64,000 bases of DNA. Origin: an uncultured Verrucomicrobia subdivision 3 bacterium (lineage in GTDB: Bacteria; Verrucomicrobiota; Verrucomicrobiia; Limisphaerales; UBA11358). The stretch is taken from contig CAIRJF010000032.1 in assembly GCA_903878805.1 (NCBI GenBank), positions 1,584 through 65,583 on the forward strand, read 5' to 3'. Within the stretch, counting starts at the first letter, position 1; each line of letters opens with the position of its first letter. The position numbers were made by a program, and so were the translations under genes. Shown here in pieces: positions 62,748-64,000 of the stretch. Under the pieces are notes generated by a model. The model saw only the letters and a program-made list of their open reading frames with translations. It was not told where the DNA came from and did no database searches.

Positions 62748-64000
62748 TCAAGGTGTCAGCGACACCCGGAAACTTCCGGTCACATTCAACCCGCCGCCGG
62801 AAACATTCCCGGTGGTTTCCTGCATATAAATCGTGAATCGCCCGCTGGCGAGTTTTTGCGTGTAGTCAATCGCGTCGAGCGTGAAAATTCCATAGGAACC
62901 GCCGGTCAAAACATTCTGGCCACCCGCCGACCAAGTGCGGGCGGCATTTGGATTGGTCAGCGGCAGAAATTGGAAGCCGGCAGAACAACTGGCGCTAAAA
63001 TCGTTGAACTCCAGACTGCCCAAGACGCGCGGAAAAATATTTATCGTGAGCAAGTTTTGATAGGGCATGTTGACCGTGCCGGTATTCCAAATGGCGTTCA
63101 ACTGGAAGGTCAAATTAGGATTGCTCGAAGCGGTGCAATAATTCACCGGCACGACAAACACCGCGTTGCCGACGGTTCCTTTCATGAACAGCGGGCCGTT
63201 CAGCGGCACGGCGTTGGCGGCGGGATTATTCAAAATGTTCAAGGTCGCATTGGTGTTCGCACCCAGCGCGGCTCCGCTCGTCGGACTGCTCAAATTCAGA
63301 AACACCGTGCGGGCGGTGGTGTTGAGCGGATTCAAATACAGCGGCACGCCGATGCTCAAGTTCGTCACGCCCGCGTTGAACGTCACGGTCTGCGTCGCGT
63401 TCGAGTAATCCGTGCCCGCCGCGGCCGTGCCGTTGGCCATCGTGAATTGCACGGTGACGCCGCTGGCCAATCCGCCGGTGCGCGTGATTTTGACAATGGC
63501 GTTGGAGCCTTCCTCCGCACTGAACGCCGTCGCGCCGAACTGGATCGTGCCGGGAAATTCATCGTTCAAAATGGTGACGGTCGCGTTGGTGACATTGCCC
63601 AGCGGCGTGCCGCCCACCGCGTTGGTGATGATGAAATTAAACGAGCGGTCAGGCTGAACCGTCGTGCTGTTCACAATCGGAATCGCAATTTTTACCGTGC
63701 TGACATTGGCGGGAAAATTGGCCGTGCCGTTCGTGCCGCGATAATTTGCCGGTGAAATCGCCGAGCCGTCCACCGTCATAAAATCCACCGAGGCTGGCGT
63801 GAGCAGGGAACCGAAGCGCACGAGGTTGATAATTGCGTTCGTCGCGGCCTCGCTGACGGAATAGGTGGCGTTGCTGATGACGATGCACGGCGTGTTGCGC
63901 TGGATGATGAAAGTGTCGAGGCGATTCGTTCCTATGGTCGCGCCGCCCTGCGGATTGTAAATCTGAAAGGAAAAATTTTGATACCCGTCGGCGTTCGTGT
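62748..64000 (-). CDS. Large surface protein with Calx-beta repeats (C-terminal part; continues past the right edge)
   Basis: ..FSAEEGSNAIVKITRTGGLASGVTVQFTMANGTAAAGTDYSNATQTVTFNAGVTNLSIGVPL.. and ..TVDGSAISPANYRGTNGTANFPANVSTVKIAIPIV.. are Calx-beta patterns. My hand translation shows the frame stays open upstream of the track start 63821 to position 64000 (..ATYSVSEAATNAIINLVRFGS..). Confidence 0.75.
   Translation of the reverse strand, partial: TNADGYQNFSFQIYNPQGGATIGTNRLDTFIIQRNTPCIVISNATYSVSEAATNAIINLVRFGSLLTPASVDFMTVDGSAISPANYRGTNGTANFPANVSTVKIAIPIVNSTTVQPDRSFNFIITNAVGGTPLGNVTNATVTILNDEFPGTIQFGATAFSAEEGSNAIVKITRTGGLASGVTVQFTMANGTAAAGTDYSNATQTVTFNAGVTNLSIGVPLYLNPLNTTARTVFLNLSSPTSGAALGANTNATLNILNNPAANAVPLNGPLFMKGTVGNAVFVVPVNYCTASSNPNLTFQLNAIWNTGTVNMPYQNLLTINIFPRVLGSLEFNDFSASCSAGFQFLPLTNPNAARTWSAGGQNVLTGGSYGIFTLDAIDYTQKLASGRFTIYMQETTGNVSGGGLNVTGSFRVSLTP

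Noticed and set aside
62709-63755. 348-aa plus-strand ORF opposite the Calx-beta gene
   Set aside because: It is antisense to a gene with clear Calx-beta repeats, and the product is extremely Arg/Gly-rich. I rejected other long antisense ORFs for the same reason, for example 42101-43042, 44817-45383, 45393-46325, 49241-49963, 50998-51834 and 58184-59164.

Overview
This is a 64-kb chromosomal segment that looks GC-rich (mid to high 50s % by eye, not computed). It is densely packed with about 65 protein genes on both strands. I recognised no rRNA, tRNA, CRISPR array, transposase, integrase, reverse transcriptase or phage gene.

Most of the content is housekeeping:
- queE, thiD, polX, purH, truA, trmL, fabI, rsmB, psd-pssA, ychF, rsmA, ruvX, infA and hisI.
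- A complete SUF Fe-S assembly set (sufB, sufC, sufD, sufU, sufT, sufS) with a Fur-family regulator. It is split by a type IIA topoisomerase gene pair (parE-parC).

Accessory-looking content:
- A polysaccharide-export module: outer-membrane barrel, BY-kinase/co-polymerase, Wza-like protein and an FHA-TM protein.
- A TolC/HlyD pair and an ABC-2 exporter next to a partial histidine kinase.
- The hopanoid side-chain radical-SAM genes hpnH and hpnJ.
- A frameshifted maltoporin-like gene flanked by 67-nt direct repeats.
- An orphan sigma-54 response regulator.
- A cluster of RNA-handling genes: DEAD-box helicase, IF-1 and an RRM protein.
- An RluA-type pseudouridine synthase fused to an RlmI-type methyltransferase.
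- A TraL/ParA-like P-loop ATPase with no other transfer genes nearby.
- A partial Calx-beta adhesin at the right edge.

The gene content suggests a PVC-type (Verrucomicrobiota-like) bacterium, but this is inference only.

I did not find a convincing new multi-gene defence or mobile system. The most unusual signals are at the level of short repeats:
1. Heptanucleotide-periodic tracts embedded in-frame in housekeeping genes, including an identical 30-mer in queE and thiD and a (GTCCCAA)x4 tract in an aminotransferase.
2. A duplicated module of leader, tiny lysine-rich ORF and covarying hairpin that brackets a J-domain gene pair.
3. A nested inverted-repeat (MITE-like or structured-RNA) element in a 0.55-kb gene-free, hairpin-rich region.
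4. The repeat-flanked porin cassette.
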